From: Clostridia bacterium | Lineage (GTDB): Bacteria; Bacillota; Clostridia; UMGS1883; UMGS1540 | Length of the DNA stretch: 64,000 nucleotides | Reading direction: 5' to 3' | Assembly (NCBI GenBank): GCA_045648645.1 | Contig: JAZROH010000116.1 | Location: 3,014 to 67,013, forward strand | Shown: positions 10,822 to 21,695 of the stretch, piece by piece | Layout of the letters: each line of letters opens with the position of its first letter | How positions within the stretch are numbered: position 1 is the stretch's first letter | Notes under the pieces: generated by a model | Told to the model about the DNA's origin: nothing | Database searches by the model: none | The model's input: the letters and a program-made list of their open reading frames with translations, nothing else | Position numbers and translations under genes: made by a program

Positions 10822-11616
10822 GTGTTTCCTGTGCTAAAATCAAGAGTTTTATCGGGATTTATTGGCGCAATTATTTTGTTCATCGTAGTGCTTAGTGGTG
10901 TATTGCCGCTTCGAATCGGTGTAGCACTAATTTCCATGCTTATGCTCGCCGAAGTTTTCCGAGCCGTAAATTTACGAACTATATTGATTTTTCCTTCGTT
11001 ACTTTTAGTGGTATTTCTTAGTGCAGATATACTGTCTTCAACAGTACGCGAAACAGCAATTTATATTTATTTGCTTATTCTGTTTTTGATTTTATTGATA
11101 AAGCATAAAAGTTTACATATAAGCGACGCATCTCTTGCTTTTTTGATGACGATATATATAGGCAGTTTTATGGGATGTATTACTAAAATCAGAATGACAT
11201 CTGCCGGCGCCTATTGGATTTGGTTGATTTTTATTGGTGCTTGGGGCAGCGATGTTTTTGCTTATTTTAGCGGAAAATTTTTTGGTAAGAGGAAACTGAT
11301 GCCTTCGGTTAGTCCCAAAAAGACCGTGGCGGGTGCTATAGGTGGCGCAGCTGGTGCCGCGCTTGGATTTTTGATTTTCGGTTTTTTTGCCGCAGATAAG
11401 ATGGGGGAAATTCATCTTGCAAGTCTATTTGTAGCCGGATTGGTTATTGCTGTTTTTGGACAACTTGGTGACCTGGTCGCATCAGTCATAAAAAGACAGT
11501 ATGGCATGAAGGATTATGGTAAAATTATGCCCGGTCATGGCGGCGCTATGGACCGATTTGACAGCGTTCTTTTTGTAGCACCTTTGTTATTTTTGTATAT
11601 GCAATTTGTTTTATAA
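10822..11616 (+). CDS. cdsA: Phosphatidate cytidylyltransferase
   Basis: Polytopic membrane protein with a GTG start. C-terminal CTP-transferase signature (KRQYGMKDYGKIMPGHGGAMDRFDS). Confidence 0.85.
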   Translation: MFPVLKSRVLSGFIGAIILFIVVLSGVLPLRIGVALISMLMLAEVFRAVNLRTILIFPSLLLVVFLSADILSSTVRETAIYIYLLILFLILLIKHKSLHISDASLAFLMTIYIGSFMGCITKIRMTSAGAYWIWLIFIGAWGSDVFAYFSGKFFGKRKLMPSVSPKKTVAGAIGGAAGAALGFLIFGFFAADKMGEIHLASLFVAGLVIAVFGQLGDLVASVIKRQYGMKDYGKIMPGHGGAMDRFDSVLFVAPLLFLYMQFVL

Positions 11617-11636
11617 CAGGAGAAAGGATAAACCAC

Positions 11637-12791
11637 TTGAAAAAAGTTTGTATTTTAGGGTCAACGGGCTCGATAGGCACACAAACGCTTGATATTGTAG
11701 AGTATACAGGACAATATGAAGTAACTGCACTTGTGGCAGCACGGAATATTACCCTCTTAGAAAAACAGATTCGTCAATTTCGTCCTAAATGTGCAGCGGT
11801 ATATGATGAAGAACTTGCAAAAGTTCTTCGAGAAAATGTAAAGGACACAAAAACAAATATTCTAGCAGGCTTGGATGGTGTAAGAGAGGCTGCATCAAAT
11901 AGTGGCGCCGATATAACGGTAACTGCGATGGTAGGAAGTATTGGAATTCTGCCTACACTAGATGCTATAGAAGCGGGAAGTGATATTGCACTTGCAAACA
12001 AAGAAACCATGGTTTGTGCAGGTGATCTTGTTCGCGCTGCCGCGAAAAGGAAAAACATCCGAATTGTTCCCGTAGATAGCGAGCATAGTGCAATTTTTCA
12101 ATGTATTGGTGAAAAGAAAGAAGCGGTAAAACGCATTTTTCTTACGGCGTCCGGTGGTCCTTTTGCCGGAAAAACAAGAAATGAGCTTACAAATATTTCT
12201 GTTAAAGAAGCACTCTGTCATCCCAATTGGAGTATGGGGGCGAAAATTACAATTGATAGTGCAACCATGATGAATAAAGGGCTTGAAGTAATTGAAGCTG
12301 TACAGTTATTTGGTGTTCGCCCGGAAAACATTGAAGTAGTTGTGCATAGACAAAGCATAGTGCATTCTATGGTGGAGTTTCACGATAATTCTGTAATTGC
12401 ACAACTTGGCTGGCCGGATATGCGGCTTCCAATCGGTTACGCACTTTCTTATCCGAACTGTGTTCCAACGCCAACAAAGCCGCTTGATTTCTCCTCTTTA
12501 ATGACACTTACCTTTGAAAAACCGGATACAGATACGTTTGGATGTCTTCGCCTTGGATATGCTGCTGCAATTGAAGGGGGAACGATGCCAACAGTATTCA
12601 GTAGTGCCGGAGAAGCGGCAGTTGAACTGTTTCTCTCTGAAAAATGCACATTTCTTGAAATTGAGACACTGGTTGAAAAAACCATGCAGGCACATAACAA
12701 GGTCATAAATCCTTCAATTTCGTGTATAATAGATACAGATAAATGGGCGCGTACGCAGGTAAAGACGCTTTGGGAAGGAAATATAAGATGA
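11637..12791 (+). CDS. dxr: 1-deoxy-D-xylulose-5-phosphate reductoisomerase
   Basis: ILGSTGSIGTQTLDIV NADPH-binding N-terminus and LANKETMV motif; TTG start. Confidence 0.9.
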   Translation: MKKVCILGSTGSIGTQTLDIVEYTGQYEVTALVAARNITLLEKQIRQFRPKCAAVYDEELAKVLRENVKDTKTNILAGLDGVREAASNSGADITVTAMVGSIGILPTLDAIEAGSDIALANKETMVCAGDLVRAAAKRKNIRIVPVDSEHSAIFQCIGEKKEAVKRIFLTASGGPFAGKTRNELTNISVKEALCHPNWSMGAKITIDSATMMNKGLEVIEAVQLFGVRPENIEVVVHRQSIVHSMVEFHDNSVIAQLGWPDMRLPIGYALSYPNCVPTPTKPLDFSSLMTLTFEKPDTDTFGCLRLGYAAAIEGGTMPTVFSSAGEAAVELFLSEKCTFLEIETLVEKTMQAHNKVINPSISCIIDTDKWARTQVKTLWEGNIR

Positions 12792-13801
12792 CGATTCTGT
12801 TTGGGATTCTTTTGTTTGGCGTATTGATTTTTGTGCATGAATTGGGGCATTTTCTTACAGCTCGATTTTTTGGGATTAAAGTACATGCGTTTTCAATAGG
12901 GATGGGACCGGCTGTTTTTAAAAAAGAACATAAAGGAATAGAATATTCTGTCAGAGCATTACCAATTGGCGGATATGTAAAGCTTGAAGGGGAAGATGAA
13001 AAATCCGATGATCCTGCAGCATTTGGGAATAAGACGCCACTTGCTCGTATTCTTGTTCTTTTTGCCGGTGGATTCATGAATGTATTAATTGGCTTTCTTA
13101 TTTTCGTTCTTGTATTTTCCGGTGTAAGACAAGTAAGTGTCCCGATTGTAGATTCTGTGCTTTCCGGTTCACCGGCTGAAACAGCCGGTATTTTACCCGG
13201 CGATGAAATAATTAAAATTAATGGACAATCTATTCATATTCAAAATGATGTATCCCTCGCGCTTATGAAAAATGGGTCTGGTCCCATTGATGTGGCGATA
13301 CGGCGGGGGGCTGACAAGGTTTCAATGATTTTAACACCACAGTATGATGCCGGAACCGGTAGCTTTATTCTTGGTTTTTATCCGCAAATTAAAACCATAA
13401 CGCCTGCCCTTTCAATCAAAACGGCGTTTTATAATACTTTTTTTGTTGTAAAGCTTGTCTATTTTTCGCTTGGAGAAATGATTTCAGGAAATGTAAAACT
13501 TGCAGATATGGCGGGCCCTGTCGGTATTGTTAGCGAAATGAATGCGGTTGCAAAATCGGAGATGCCGCTTTTGAATATGCTAAATTTCATGGGGCTTATT
13601 GCGGTAAATCTGGGTGTTATGAATCTTTTGCCCATTCCCGCACTGGATGGTGGACGCATTTTCTTTGTATTGGTTGAACTTTTAAGAAGAAAACCCATAA
13701 AGCCCGAACATGAAGGCATAATCCATTTCATTGGTTTTGCACTACTCATTTTGTTGATGCTGTTAATTACGTTTTCGGATATTAAAAAATTATTTGCTTA
13801 G
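12788..13801 (+). CDS. rseP: RIP metalloprotease RseP (site-2 protease)
   Basis: HELGHF zinc motif in the first TM helix, a central PDZ segment and C-terminal LDGG. The ATG at 12788 overlaps the dxr stop. Confidence 0.85.
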   Translation: MTILFGILLFGVLIFVHELGHFLTARFFGIKVHAFSIGMGPAVFKKEHKGIEYSVRALPIGGYVKLEGEDEKSDDPAAFGNKTPLARILVLFAGGFMNVLIGFLIFVLVFSGVRQVSVPIVDSVLSGSPAETAGILPGDEIIKINGQSIHIQNDVSLALMKNGSGPIDVAIRRGADKVSMILTPQYDAGTGSFILGFYPQIKTITPALSIKTAFYNTFFVVKLVYFSLGEMISGNVKLADMAGPVGIVSEMNAVAKSEMPLLNMLNFMGLIAVNLGVMNLLPIPALDGGRIFFVLVELLRRKPIKPEHEGIIHFIGFALLILLMLLITFSDIKKLFA

Positions 13802-13813
13802 AGAGGAATTATC

Positions 13814-14248
13814 ATGAGAAAGAATGCAAGAGAAGATGCTTTTCGGCTACTGTTTGAACAGCATGTAAATCCTGAGAATGCAGCTGAAAAATTAAAAAGA
13901 TACTTTGAAACGGCAAAGGAAGAACAAAAAGCAGAGGAACCCTTTTATGTAAATCGTCCGTCTGCAGCTGATATTGCATATACGGAGAAGATTGTCGAGG
14001 GAGTTCAAGAAAACCTTCAGGAAATAGACGCCCTGATTGAAACGAATCTTAAAGATTGGGAAATGGATCGTGTTTCTAAAATTAGCATAGCAGTTTTACG
14101 CCTTTCCATATTCGAAATTTTACATATGGAAGATATTCCGGCGGAGGTTTCTGCGAGTGAAGCTGTTACTATTGCTAAAAAATATGATAGCCCTAGTGCC
14201 GGCGCTTTTGTAAACGGAGTTTTGGGAAATATAATTAAATCGAAATAA
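13814..14248 (+). CDS. nusB: Transcription antitermination factor NusB
   Basis: 144 aa; ARE(D)AFRLLFE N-terminus is typical of NusB. Confidence 0.8.
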   Translation: MRKNAREDAFRLLFEQHVNPENAAEKLKRYFETAKEEQKAEEPFYVNRPSAADIAYTEKIVEGVQENLQEIDALIETNLKDWEMDRVSKISIAVLRLSIFEILHMEDIPAEVSASEAVTIAKKYDSPSAGAFVNGVLGNIIKSK

Positions 14249-15450
14249 TGGAACGTAGAATCGTGGCTGTAAGCCAGCTAAATGCTTATATAAAAAATAG
14301 TTTAGATAGTGATTTCCTGTTGCAAAATGTATGGGTAAAAGGAGAAATTTCAAACTTTAAGCTTCATTACTCCGGGCATATGTACTTTAGCTTAAAAGAT
14401 GATGGCGGGATAATTAAAGCAGTTATGTTTAAAAGTGCTGGAATGGCGCTTCGGTTTAGACCGGAAAACGGAATGCAGGTACTGGCACGTGGCAGGGTTT
14501 CTGTTTTTCCCCGTGATGGTGTGTATCAGCTTTACGCTGAAGAAATGGAACCGGAGGGCGTTGGTGCATTATATATTGCTTTTGAACAAATGAAAGCGAA
14601 GCTTGCGGCCGAAGGCCTTTTTAGTGAAGAAAGAAAGAAGCCTATTCCTGTTTATCCCAAAAACATTGGCGTTGTAACAAGTGCAACGGGTGCAGCAGTG
14701 CAGGATATTTTGAATATTTTACAGCGTAGATGGCCTCTTGCCCAAATACAAGTTTATCCCGTTTTGGTGCAAGGCGAAGGCGCTGCACAGGAAATTGCGA
14801 AAGCCATTCGTCATCTTAACGCTGAGAAAGCCGCAGATGTTTTAATTGTTGGGCGTGGAGGCGGCTCACAAGAAGATTTATGGGCTTTTAATGAAGAGAT
14901 TGTAGCACGAGCGGTTGCGGAATCTCAAATTCCTGTAATTTCTGCAGTGGGACATGAAACTGACTTTACAATTTGCGACTTTGTTTCGGACCTTCGTGCT
15001 CCAACTCCGTCAGCTGCCGCAGAACTCGCTGTTCCGGATGTCACAGAGGTTCAAATGAAGCTTTCTGCATTTGAAAAACGTTTATCTTCTGTTTTATCTT
15101 TATCTGTGAGTCGAAGCCGTGAACAGCTCACACTACTTGCGAATCGTATGTCCGCTTTAAAAAGAAGAACAGATGATTTACAGTATGCGCTCGATGGGCT
15201 TACTACACGTGCAGTAAATGCTGTATTTTTATATATAGAGGGGAAAAATCAAAACGTTTTACAAAATGCAGCAAAACTCGATGCTTTGTCACCGCTCAGA
15301 GTCTTAACGCGAGGATATACGGTTGCATTAAAAAGTGGAGAGGCAGTCCGCACGGTTGAAGAAATTGAAAACGGAGATATGCTTAGTGTACTTTTTGCGG
15401 ATGGTAGTGCACAATGCAAAGTGGAAACAATCGAAAGGAATGAATTGTGA
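14248..15450 (+). CDS. xseA: Exodeoxyribonuclease VII large subunit
   Basis: 400 aa; OB-fold N-terminus (VWVKGEISNFKLHYSGHMYFSLKD) and a catalytic core with GRGGGS. Confidence 0.85.
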   Translation: MERRIVAVSQLNAYIKNSLDSDFLLQNVWVKGEISNFKLHYSGHMYFSLKDDGGIIKAVMFKSAGMALRFRPENGMQVLARGRVSVFPRDGVYQLYAEEMEPEGVGALYIAFEQMKAKLAAEGLFSEERKKPIPVYPKNIGVVTSATGAAVQDILNILQRRWPLAQIQVYPVLVQGEGAAQEIAKAIRHLNAEKAADVLIVGRGGGSQEDLWAFNEEIVARAVAESQIPVISAVGHETDFTICDFVSDLRAPTPSAAAELAVPDVTEVQMKLSAFEKRLSSVLSLSVSRSREQLTLLANRMSALKRRTDDLQYALDGLTTRAVNAVFLYIEGKNQNVLQNAAKLDALSPLRVLTRGYTVALKSGEAVRTVEEIENGDMLSVLFADGSAQCKVETIERNEL

Positions 15451-15651
15451 TTGAATTTTGAAGAATCGATGTTGGAACTTGAAAAAATTGTTAAACAATT
15501 AGAAGAGGGAACACTCCCCATCGAAGAATCCATTGGGGCGTTTGAAAAGGGCATTCGTTTGATACAAAACTGCAGAACGCTTTTGGATTTTGCACAAAAA
15601 AAGGTAACTACTTTAATCGGAGATATCAATAATGAGAAAGAAACAGATTGA
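15451..15651 (+). CDS. xseB: Exodeoxyribonuclease VII small subunit
   Basis: 66 aa; FEESMLELEKIVKQLEEG is the canonical XseB start. Immediately downstream of xseA. Confidence 0.85.
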   Translation: MNFEESMLELEKIVKQLEEGTLPIEESIGAFEKGIRLIQNCRTLLDFAQKKVTTLIGDINNEKETD

Positions 15652-16459
15652 AGATTATTTAAATAAACTTATTCCCGAAGAAGGAAAATTATATGAAGCG
15701 ATGCGTTATAGCCTTTGTGCAGGAGGAAAAAGACTGCGTCCACAGCTTGCTATGATGGCAGCCGCTGCACTCGGCGGCAAAGAAACGGACGCACTTTGTT
15801 ATGGAGCGGCACTGGAATGTATACATACATATTCGCTCATTCATGACGACCTTCCCTGTATGGATGATGATGATTACCGTCGTGGACGCCTTACGTGTCA
15901 TAAAAAATTTGACGAAGCAACAGCAGTTCTTGCAGGGGATGGCTTGTTAACACTTGCGTTTGATATCGCAGCAAATGCTCCCCTTACTGCCAAACAGAAT
16001 TTAGCTGCCGTAAAAGTTCTTTCTGAAACTGCAGGCGCATATGGTATGGTACAGGGGCAGGTTTTAGACATGACACTATCTTCGCCGAAAGAAACGGAAA
16101 TTCTAAACATGTATCGCTTTAAAACCGGTGCTCTTCTTCGTGCAGCAGTATCCCTCGGCGCAATTGCTGCTGGTGGCAAGGGTGATGAATTAGAAATATA
16201 CGCGGTAAATCTTGGGTTGGCTTTTCAAATTCAAGATGATATATTAGATATTGTCGGGGATGCGTCAGTTTTAGGAAAGCCGGTTCAAAGTGATATAAAG
16301 AATGAAAAAAATACGATTGTATCTATTATTGGCCTGGATGAGGCAAGACGCTGGGTGCGGAGATACACAGAAACCGCTGTGAAATCCTTGGATTTTCTTG
16401 GCGGGCACGGCGAAGCACTCTCAGCGCTTGCGGGCAGTCTTATTGAAAGGGAGATGTAA
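15632..16459 (+). CDS. ispA: Farnesyl-diphosphate synthase (geranyltranstransferase)
   Basis: First and second aspartate-rich motifs: LIHDDLPCMDDDDYRRG and FQIQDDILD. Confidence 0.85.
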   Translation: MRKKQIEDYLNKLIPEEGKLYEAMRYSLCAGGKRLRPQLAMMAAAALGGKETDALCYGAALECIHTYSLIHDDLPCMDDDDYRRGRLTCHKKFDEATAVLAGDGLLTLAFDIAANAPLTAKQNLAAVKVLSETAGAYGMVQGQVLDMTLSSPKETEILNMYRFKTGALLRAAVSLGAIAAGGKGDELEIYAVNLGLAFQIQDDILDIVGDASVLGKPVQSDIKNEKNTIVSIIGLDEARRWVRRYTETAVKSLDFLGGHGEALSALAGSLIEREM

Positions 16460-16461
16460 TT

Positions 16462-17031
16462 ATGTATGTTTGTGCACTTAATGGAAGTCCGAATGCGGAT
16501 GGGAATACGGTTTATCTTTTAAAAAGTGTTTTAGAGCAATTAGAGGGGGAAGAAACTGAAATTATACATATTGCTAAAGCAATGGAAGCCCTCCCCAAGG
16601 CGTTTTGTACTTCTTGTGCCACACCTTGCACCAAAGCTTGCTTTAAAGGGACCGAAGTCGAAGAAGCTTTTGAAAAAATGAGGCGCGCCGATGTGATTTT
16701 ATTTGGAAGTCCTGTCTATTTTGGCGGACCGTCTGCGCAAATAAAAGCCTTTTTTGATAAAAGCCGTTCCTATCGCGGGGAGAAGGCTTTTGTTGGTAAA
16801 TATGGGGCGGCACTTGTTTGTGGCGCATCCAAATATGGAGGACAAGAAGCAACGGTAAGCAGTCTGCATCATTCCATGCTTGTGCAAGGGATGACGATTA
16901 TTGGGCCCGGCTCCCATTTGTATGATGCGGGGCATTTAGGCGTATGTGCATCCAGACCTGCGAATGAAGATGATTTTGCAAAATCTCGTTGCACGTCCTT
17001 AGCGGCACGGATTATGGAACTGTGTAAATAA
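16462..17031 (+). CDS. NADPH-dependent FMN reductase / flavodoxin-like flavoprotein (Cys-rich insert, Isf-like)
   Basis: Flavodoxin-like fold signature (YVCALNGSPNADGNT ... ILFGSPVYFGG) plus a CTSCATPCTKAC cysteine cluster. Confidence 0.55.
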   Translation: MYVCALNGSPNADGNTVYLLKSVLEQLEGEETEIIHIAKAMEALPKAFCTSCATPCTKACFKGTEVEEAFEKMRRADVILFGSPVYFGGPSAQIKAFFDKSRSYRGEKAFVGKYGAALVCGASKYGGQEATVSSLHHSMLVQGMTIIGPGSHLYDAGHLGVCASRPANEDDFAKSRCTSLAARIMELCK

Positions 17032-17048
17032 AAGTGGGGGCTGTACAT

Positions 17049-18041
17049 ATGAACATTCGCCTGCAGCAAGAAGAAAATGAAAGAAAATTTTTATCTCCGT
17101 TTGCCACACTATCGGCTGAGAGTAGAGGCAGACTTCGTTCATCTTCGCCGTGCGATATCCGGACTGAATTTCAACGGGATAGAGATAAAATTATTCATTC
17201 AAAAGCGTTTCGAAGGCTTAAGCATAAAACGCAAGTTTTTATAACGCCTGAAGGCGACCATTATCGAACGCGTCTTACACATACTCTTGAAGTCGCGCAA
17301 ATTGCCAGAACGATTGCACGTGCCCTTCGATTAAATGAAGATTTAACAGAAGCAATTTCATTAGGACATGATTTGGGGCACACTCCTTTTGGGCATGAAG
17401 GAGAACGTGCACTTGATAGGGTAAGTCATCTTGGGTTTAAGCATAATGAACAAAGTCTTCGTGTTGTTGATGTATTAGAAAATGGAGTGGGACTCAATTT
17501 GACGGAAGAAGTACGCGATGGAATACTGTGTCATACAGGAGACCGAAAAGCGTTCACCCTAGAAGGGGAAATAATTTGTCTTGCAGACCGAATTGCTTAT
17601 ATAAACCATGATATTGATGATGCCATTCGAGGCGGCATTATTCGTGCGGACGCACTTCCGCACGAATGTGTCAAAGTTTTGGGCGAAACGCACAGCCGTC
17701 GTATAGATACAATGGTACGGGATATAATTGAAAACAGCATGGATAAACCGCATATATCCATGAGCGAGGAAGTTCATGCAGCGATGCTTAGACTTCGCAC
17801 GTATATGTTTGATGCAGTTTATATTGGTTCAGAGGCAAAAGCGGAGGAGAAAAAAGCAGGGGATATGATTGAAAGCTTGTTCCTTTTCTTTTTGGAAAAT
17901 TTCCACCTGCTTCCCGGTGGTACTGATGGGGCGGATGCAGAAAAAGAACGACAAATTATAGATTATATTGCAGGCATGACAGATACCTACGCAACACATA
18001 TCTATAAAAAGCACTTCATCCCGAAGGGATGGTATAGATAA
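17049..18041 (+). CDS. dgt: dGTP triphosphohydrolase-like HD-domain phosphohydrolase
   Basis: HSKAFRRLKHKTQVF, RLTHTLEVAQIAR and GHDLGHTPFGH motifs of the HD dNTPase family. Its position directly upstream of dnaG is conserved in Firmicutes. Confidence 0.8.
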   Translation: MNIRLQQEENERKFLSPFATLSAESRGRLRSSSPCDIRTEFQRDRDKIIHSKAFRRLKHKTQVFITPEGDHYRTRLTHTLEVAQIARTIARALRLNEDLTEAISLGHDLGHTPFGHEGERALDRVSHLGFKHNEQSLRVVDVLENGVGLNLTEEVRDGILCHTGDRKAFTLEGEIICLADRIAYINHDIDDAIRGGIIRADALPHECVKVLGETHSRRIDTMVRDIIENSMDKPHISMSEEVHAAMLRLRTYMFDAVYIGSEAKAEEKKAGDMIESLFLFFLENFHLLPGGTDGADAEKERQIIDYIAGMTDTYATHIYKKHFIPKGWYR

Positions 18042-18081
18042 AAGTTTTTTGTATAATATTGTAAATTTTGGTCAAACTTAA

Positions 18082-18129
18082 ACACTGTCGGGAAATTATG
18101 GATTTTAAACCCGACGGTGTTTTCTTTTG
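18082..18129 (+). terminator. Rho-independent terminator after dgt
   Basis: Inverted repeat ACACTGTCGGG ... CCCGACGGTGT followed by TTTTCTTTT. Confidence 0.55.
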
Positions 18130-18235
18130 CAGAAAATTAGTAAAAAAGTTTGGAAAAAAAGAAGGAATTATATAATGCATGTCGAAATAAGACATGAGAA
18201 AATTTTGTTTAAATACTGCGAAAGAGAGGAACAAA

Positions 18236-19954
18236 ATGGCAGAGCGAATACCGGAACAATTGATCCAGGATATTATTGCAGCTAACGACATTGTTGCGCT
18301 GGTAAGTCAATATGTTCAGCTTCGTCGTAGCGGTAGCTCATATGTTGGACTCTGTCCCTTTCATAAAGAAAAAACCCCCTCTTTCCATGTTACGCCGGAT
18401 AGGCAGTTATACTATTGTTTTGGTTGCGGTACGGGCGGAAATATTGTTGAATTTGTAAAAAATATAGAACATCTTGATTTTGTAGAAGCGATTCGCTTTC
18501 TGGCTGAACGAGCCGGAATTCGCATCGATTCTTTATCGTTTTCAAGTGAAGACAAAAAACAATATGAATTAAAACAAAAGTATTTACAAATCAATAAAGA
18601 TGCAGCACGCTTCTTTCGTGATAAATTATTTACCTCCGATGCAAAAAAGGCGCAGGAATATGTAAAAAAGAGAAAACTAACCTTAGAAACTGTAAAAATA
18701 TATGGAATCGGGTATGCGCCGGATGATTGGGATGCACTTACTAAACATCTTCTTCAAAGTGGATATGCGCGGGATGAACTTGTGCAAGCGGGTGTTGCTG
18801 CGTTTACGAAAACGGGGAAAGTTATTGATCGTTTTCGGGACAGGCTTATGTTTCCGATTATTGATGTTCGAGGAAATGTAATCGGCTTTGGCGGCAGAAT
18901 TTTGGGGGATGGCAATGTTAAATATCTTAACTCTCCCGAAACACCGGTTTTTAATAAAGGGCAAAATTTGTTCTCAATGCAGATTGCAAAACGAAGTCAG
19001 GAACTTATTTTGGTAGAAGGATATATGGATGTTATTTCTTTGTTCCAAAATGGCGTTCAAAATGCAGTAGCATCGCTAGGGACAGCGCTTACAAGTGAGC
19101 AGGCTCGTCTTATTGCAAAATATGCGGAGAAAGTGACGGTTTGCTATGATACAGATGCCGCAGGAATTAAAGCAGCTATGCGTGCAATTGAAGTTTTTCG
19201 CGGTATAGATATAAAACTTCGCATTCTTTCTCTTCCTGAAGGAAAAGATCCGGATGAATTTATTAAAGCAAACGGAGCGACTAAATTTTTTGAACTTCTT
19301 CAAAAAGCGGACACCCCCGCAGGTTTTCAAATTGCACAGCTTCGAAAAAAATATAATATTACAGACGAAACACAAAAAATTGAATATGTGGAAGCTTGCA
19401 CAAAGGTTATCAGCAGTGTTCAAAGCGGCGTGGAACGCGAGGTTTTACGTGAGCGGCTTGCAAATGAAACAGGCATTCGAGGGTCTGCTATCGAAAATGA
19501 AGTGGAAAAGAAACGTTTAAGAACCGAGAAACGTGAAAAATGGAATGTTAAGAGACCGCAAATTAAAACACAAGGCATAATTAAAAGTCATACGGCTGAG
19601 AAAATTATCTCACTTTGCCTAAAAGATATTTCTTTGTTTTCGAAGCATCAGAAATTGCTTATGGAGGTTATAGACGACCCTGTTCATATTAGAATTCTCG
19701 AATATATTTCCAAAGCTGAGGATGCTGCGCAAATTCTCACTCATTTTAAGGATGAAGAGATGCAAAAGGCGGCAGCGGCACTCAGTATGCCTGTGAATTA
19801 TGAAAATAATGAATCGGCACTGCAAGAACTTTTAGAGTCACTAAAAAAAGAAAAATATAACAATAAAGTGAAAGAAGCTATTGAATCTGGTGATTTATCA
19901 ATGTTAAATGATTTGCTAATGAAAAAAAATGTCAACAAGGAAGGAGGGCACTAA
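18236..19954 (+). CDS. dnaG: DNA primase
   Basis: Zinc-ribbon CPFHKEKTPSF...CFGCG, TOPRIM core (EGYMDVISL, CYDTDAAG). The ATG at 18236 has a GAGAGGA RBS; the ORF track start is 18194. Confidence 0.9.
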   Translation: MAERIPEQLIQDIIAANDIVALVSQYVQLRRSGSSYVGLCPFHKEKTPSFHVTPDRQLYYCFGCGTGGNIVEFVKNIEHLDFVEAIRFLAERAGIRIDSLSFSSEDKKQYELKQKYLQINKDAARFFRDKLFTSDAKKAQEYVKKRKLTLETVKIYGIGYAPDDWDALTKHLLQSGYARDELVQAGVAAFTKTGKVIDRFRDRLMFPIIDVRGNVIGFGGRILGDGNVKYLNSPETPVFNKGQNLFSMQIAKRSQELILVEGYMDVISLFQNGVQNAVASLGTALTSEQARLIAKYAEKVTVCYDTDAAGIKAAMRAIEVFRGIDIKLRILSLPEGKDPDEFIKANGATKFFELLQKADTPAGFQIAQLRKKYNITDETQKIEYVEACTKVISSVQSGVEREVLRERLANETGIRGSAIENEVEKKRLRTEKREKWNVKRPQIKTQGIIKSHTAEKIISLCLKDISLFSKHQKLLMEVIDDPVHIRILEYISKAEDAAQILTHFKDEEMQKAAAALSMPVNYENNESALQELLESLKKEKYNNKVKEAIESGDLSMLNDLLMKKNVNKEGGH

Positions 19955-19957
19955 GAT

Positions 19958-21034
19958 ATGTCGGATGCAGCAAGTAAGAAGGCTATAATAAAAGAACTGG
20001 TCGAAAAAGGCAGAAAAAAGGGGATGCTCACCTATAAAGAAATCAATGAATCCCTGGAAGAATTAGAAGTCGATCCGGAACAGATTGAGAAAATCTATGA
20101 GTCCATCGAGCATATGGGAATCGAAGTAATCGAGGACATGGATGAGGATTTAAAACAGATCGCCACGAACGAGGAAGAAATTGATTTAAGTCTGCCTGAG
20201 GGCATTAATGTAGATGACCATGTTCGCATGTATCTGAAAGAAATTGGTAAAGTGCCGCTATTGTCACCCGAGGAGGAAATTGGACTTGCCCAGCGTATGG
20301 TGGATGGGGATGAAGATGCTAAAATGCGTCTTACGGAGGCAAATCTTCGTCTTGTAGTAAGCATCGCCAAACGGTATGTGGGGCGTGGTATGCTCTTTTT
20401 GGATTTGATTCAGGAAGGAAATTTAGGTCTTATTAAAGCTGTTGAAAAATTTGATTATTCCAAAGGCTTTAAATTCAGTACCTACGCCACATGGTGGATT
20501 CGTCAGGCAATTACCCGTGCCATTGCTGACCAGGCACGTACGATTCGTGTACCAGTTCACATGGTAGAAACCATCAATAAACTCATTCGTGTATCACGTC
20601 AGCTGTTGCAGGACCTTGGAAGAGATCCGCTTCCGGAGGAAATTGCCCGGGAAATGAATATGTCTATTGATAAAGTGCGTGAAATTATGAAAATTGCACA
20701 GGAACCCGTATCGCTGGAAACACCTATCGGCGAAGAAGAGGATAGTCATCTTGGTGACTTTATTCCGGATGATGATGCACCGGCTCCCAGTGAAATGGCA
20801 TCTTTTACCCTTTTGAAAGAGCAGCTTATGGATGTATTGGATACACTGACATCTCGTGAAGAAAAGGTGCTTCGTTTACGCTTTGGTCTGGATGATGGAA
20901 GACCGCGCACACTGGAAGAGGTGGGCAAGGTTTTTGATGTAACGCGTGAACGCATTCGCCAGATTGAAGCGAAAGCCCTACGTAAACTGCGTCATCCCAG
21001 TCGCAGTAAGAAGCTAAAGGATTTCCTTGAATAG
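19958..21034 (+). CDS. sigA: RNA polymerase primary sigma factor
   Basis: Region 2 to 4 signatures: [51 protein letters not shown], and C-terminal [30 protein letters not shown]. Confidence 0.95.
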   Translation: MSDAASKKAIIKELVEKGRKKGMLTYKEINESLEELEVDPEQIEKIYESIEHMGIEVIEDMDEDLKQIATNEEEIDLSLPEGINVDDHVRMYLKEIGKVPLLSPEEEIGLAQRMVDGDEDAKMRLTEANLRLVVSIAKRYVGRGMLFLDLIQEGNLGLIKAVEKFDYSKGFKFSTYATWWIRQAITRAIADQARTIRVPVHMVETINKLIRVSRQLLQDLGRDPLPEEIAREMNMSIDKVREIMKIAQEPVSLETPIGEEEDSHLGDFIPDDDAPAPSEMASFTLLKEQLMDVLDTLTSREEKVLRLRFGLDDGRPRTLEEVGKVFDVTRERIRQIEAKALRKLRHPSRSKKLKDFLE

Positions 21035-21695
21035 GTTTATTACGCCCCGGCTGGCAGCAATTGCTTCCCTTGTACAGCCCGGTGCGTCTGTAATTGATGT
21101 AGGAAGCGACCATGCATATATACCGATATTTTTGCTGAAAGAGAAAAGGGCAGTTTGTGCACTGGCTACGGATGTACATGATGGTCCTCTTGCGCGTGCA
21201 CTTTCCAATATTCGACAGTTTGGTCTTATGGATAAAATCTGTGTACAAAAAGCGAATGGACTAATTGGTGTTAGAACTGAAATCTATAATACAGTGATAA
21301 TTGCCGGAATGGGCGGGATGCTTATCGCGGATATTCTTTCCGGTGCAGGGTCACTTTCGGGAAAACATTTGATTTTACAACCTATGACAGCGATAACGGA
21401 GCTTCGTTTTTTTCTTAGCACAAACGGGTTTCGTATAGTAAGAGAGAAGATTGTGCAGGAAGAAGATAAGCTTTATATTGTTATAGAAGCTGAAAGCGGG
21501 GAAGATGCCCCTTATAGTGACGTAGAACTTCTTCTGGGAAGAAATAATAAATCAGAGCCGCTTTATTTGGTTTGGAAAAAGGAAATAGAGGGTAAACTCC
21601 AAAAAAAGATTTCCGGGCTTTGTGTGGCTTCGGTTCGTCAAGAAGAGGAAATAGCAAAACTAAATATGATATTGCGGGAGCTTAAAGAATGGTAA
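21027..21695 (+). CDS. trmK: tRNA (adenine22-N1)-methyltransferase TrmK (YqfN family)
   Basis: [30 protein letters not shown]-terminus. TTG start overlaps the sigA stop. The sigA-trmK linkage is conserved. Confidence 0.75.
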   Translation: MNRFITPRLAAIASLVQPGASVIDVGSDHAYIPIFLLKEKRAVCALATDVHDGPLARALSNIRQFGLMDKICVQKANGLIGVRTEIYNTVIIAGMGGMLIADILSGAGSLSGKHLILQPMTAITELRFFLSTNGFRIVREKIVQEEDKLYIVIEAESGEDAPYSDVELLLGRNNKSEPLYLVWKKEIEGKLQKKISGLCVASVRQEEEIAKLNMILRELKEW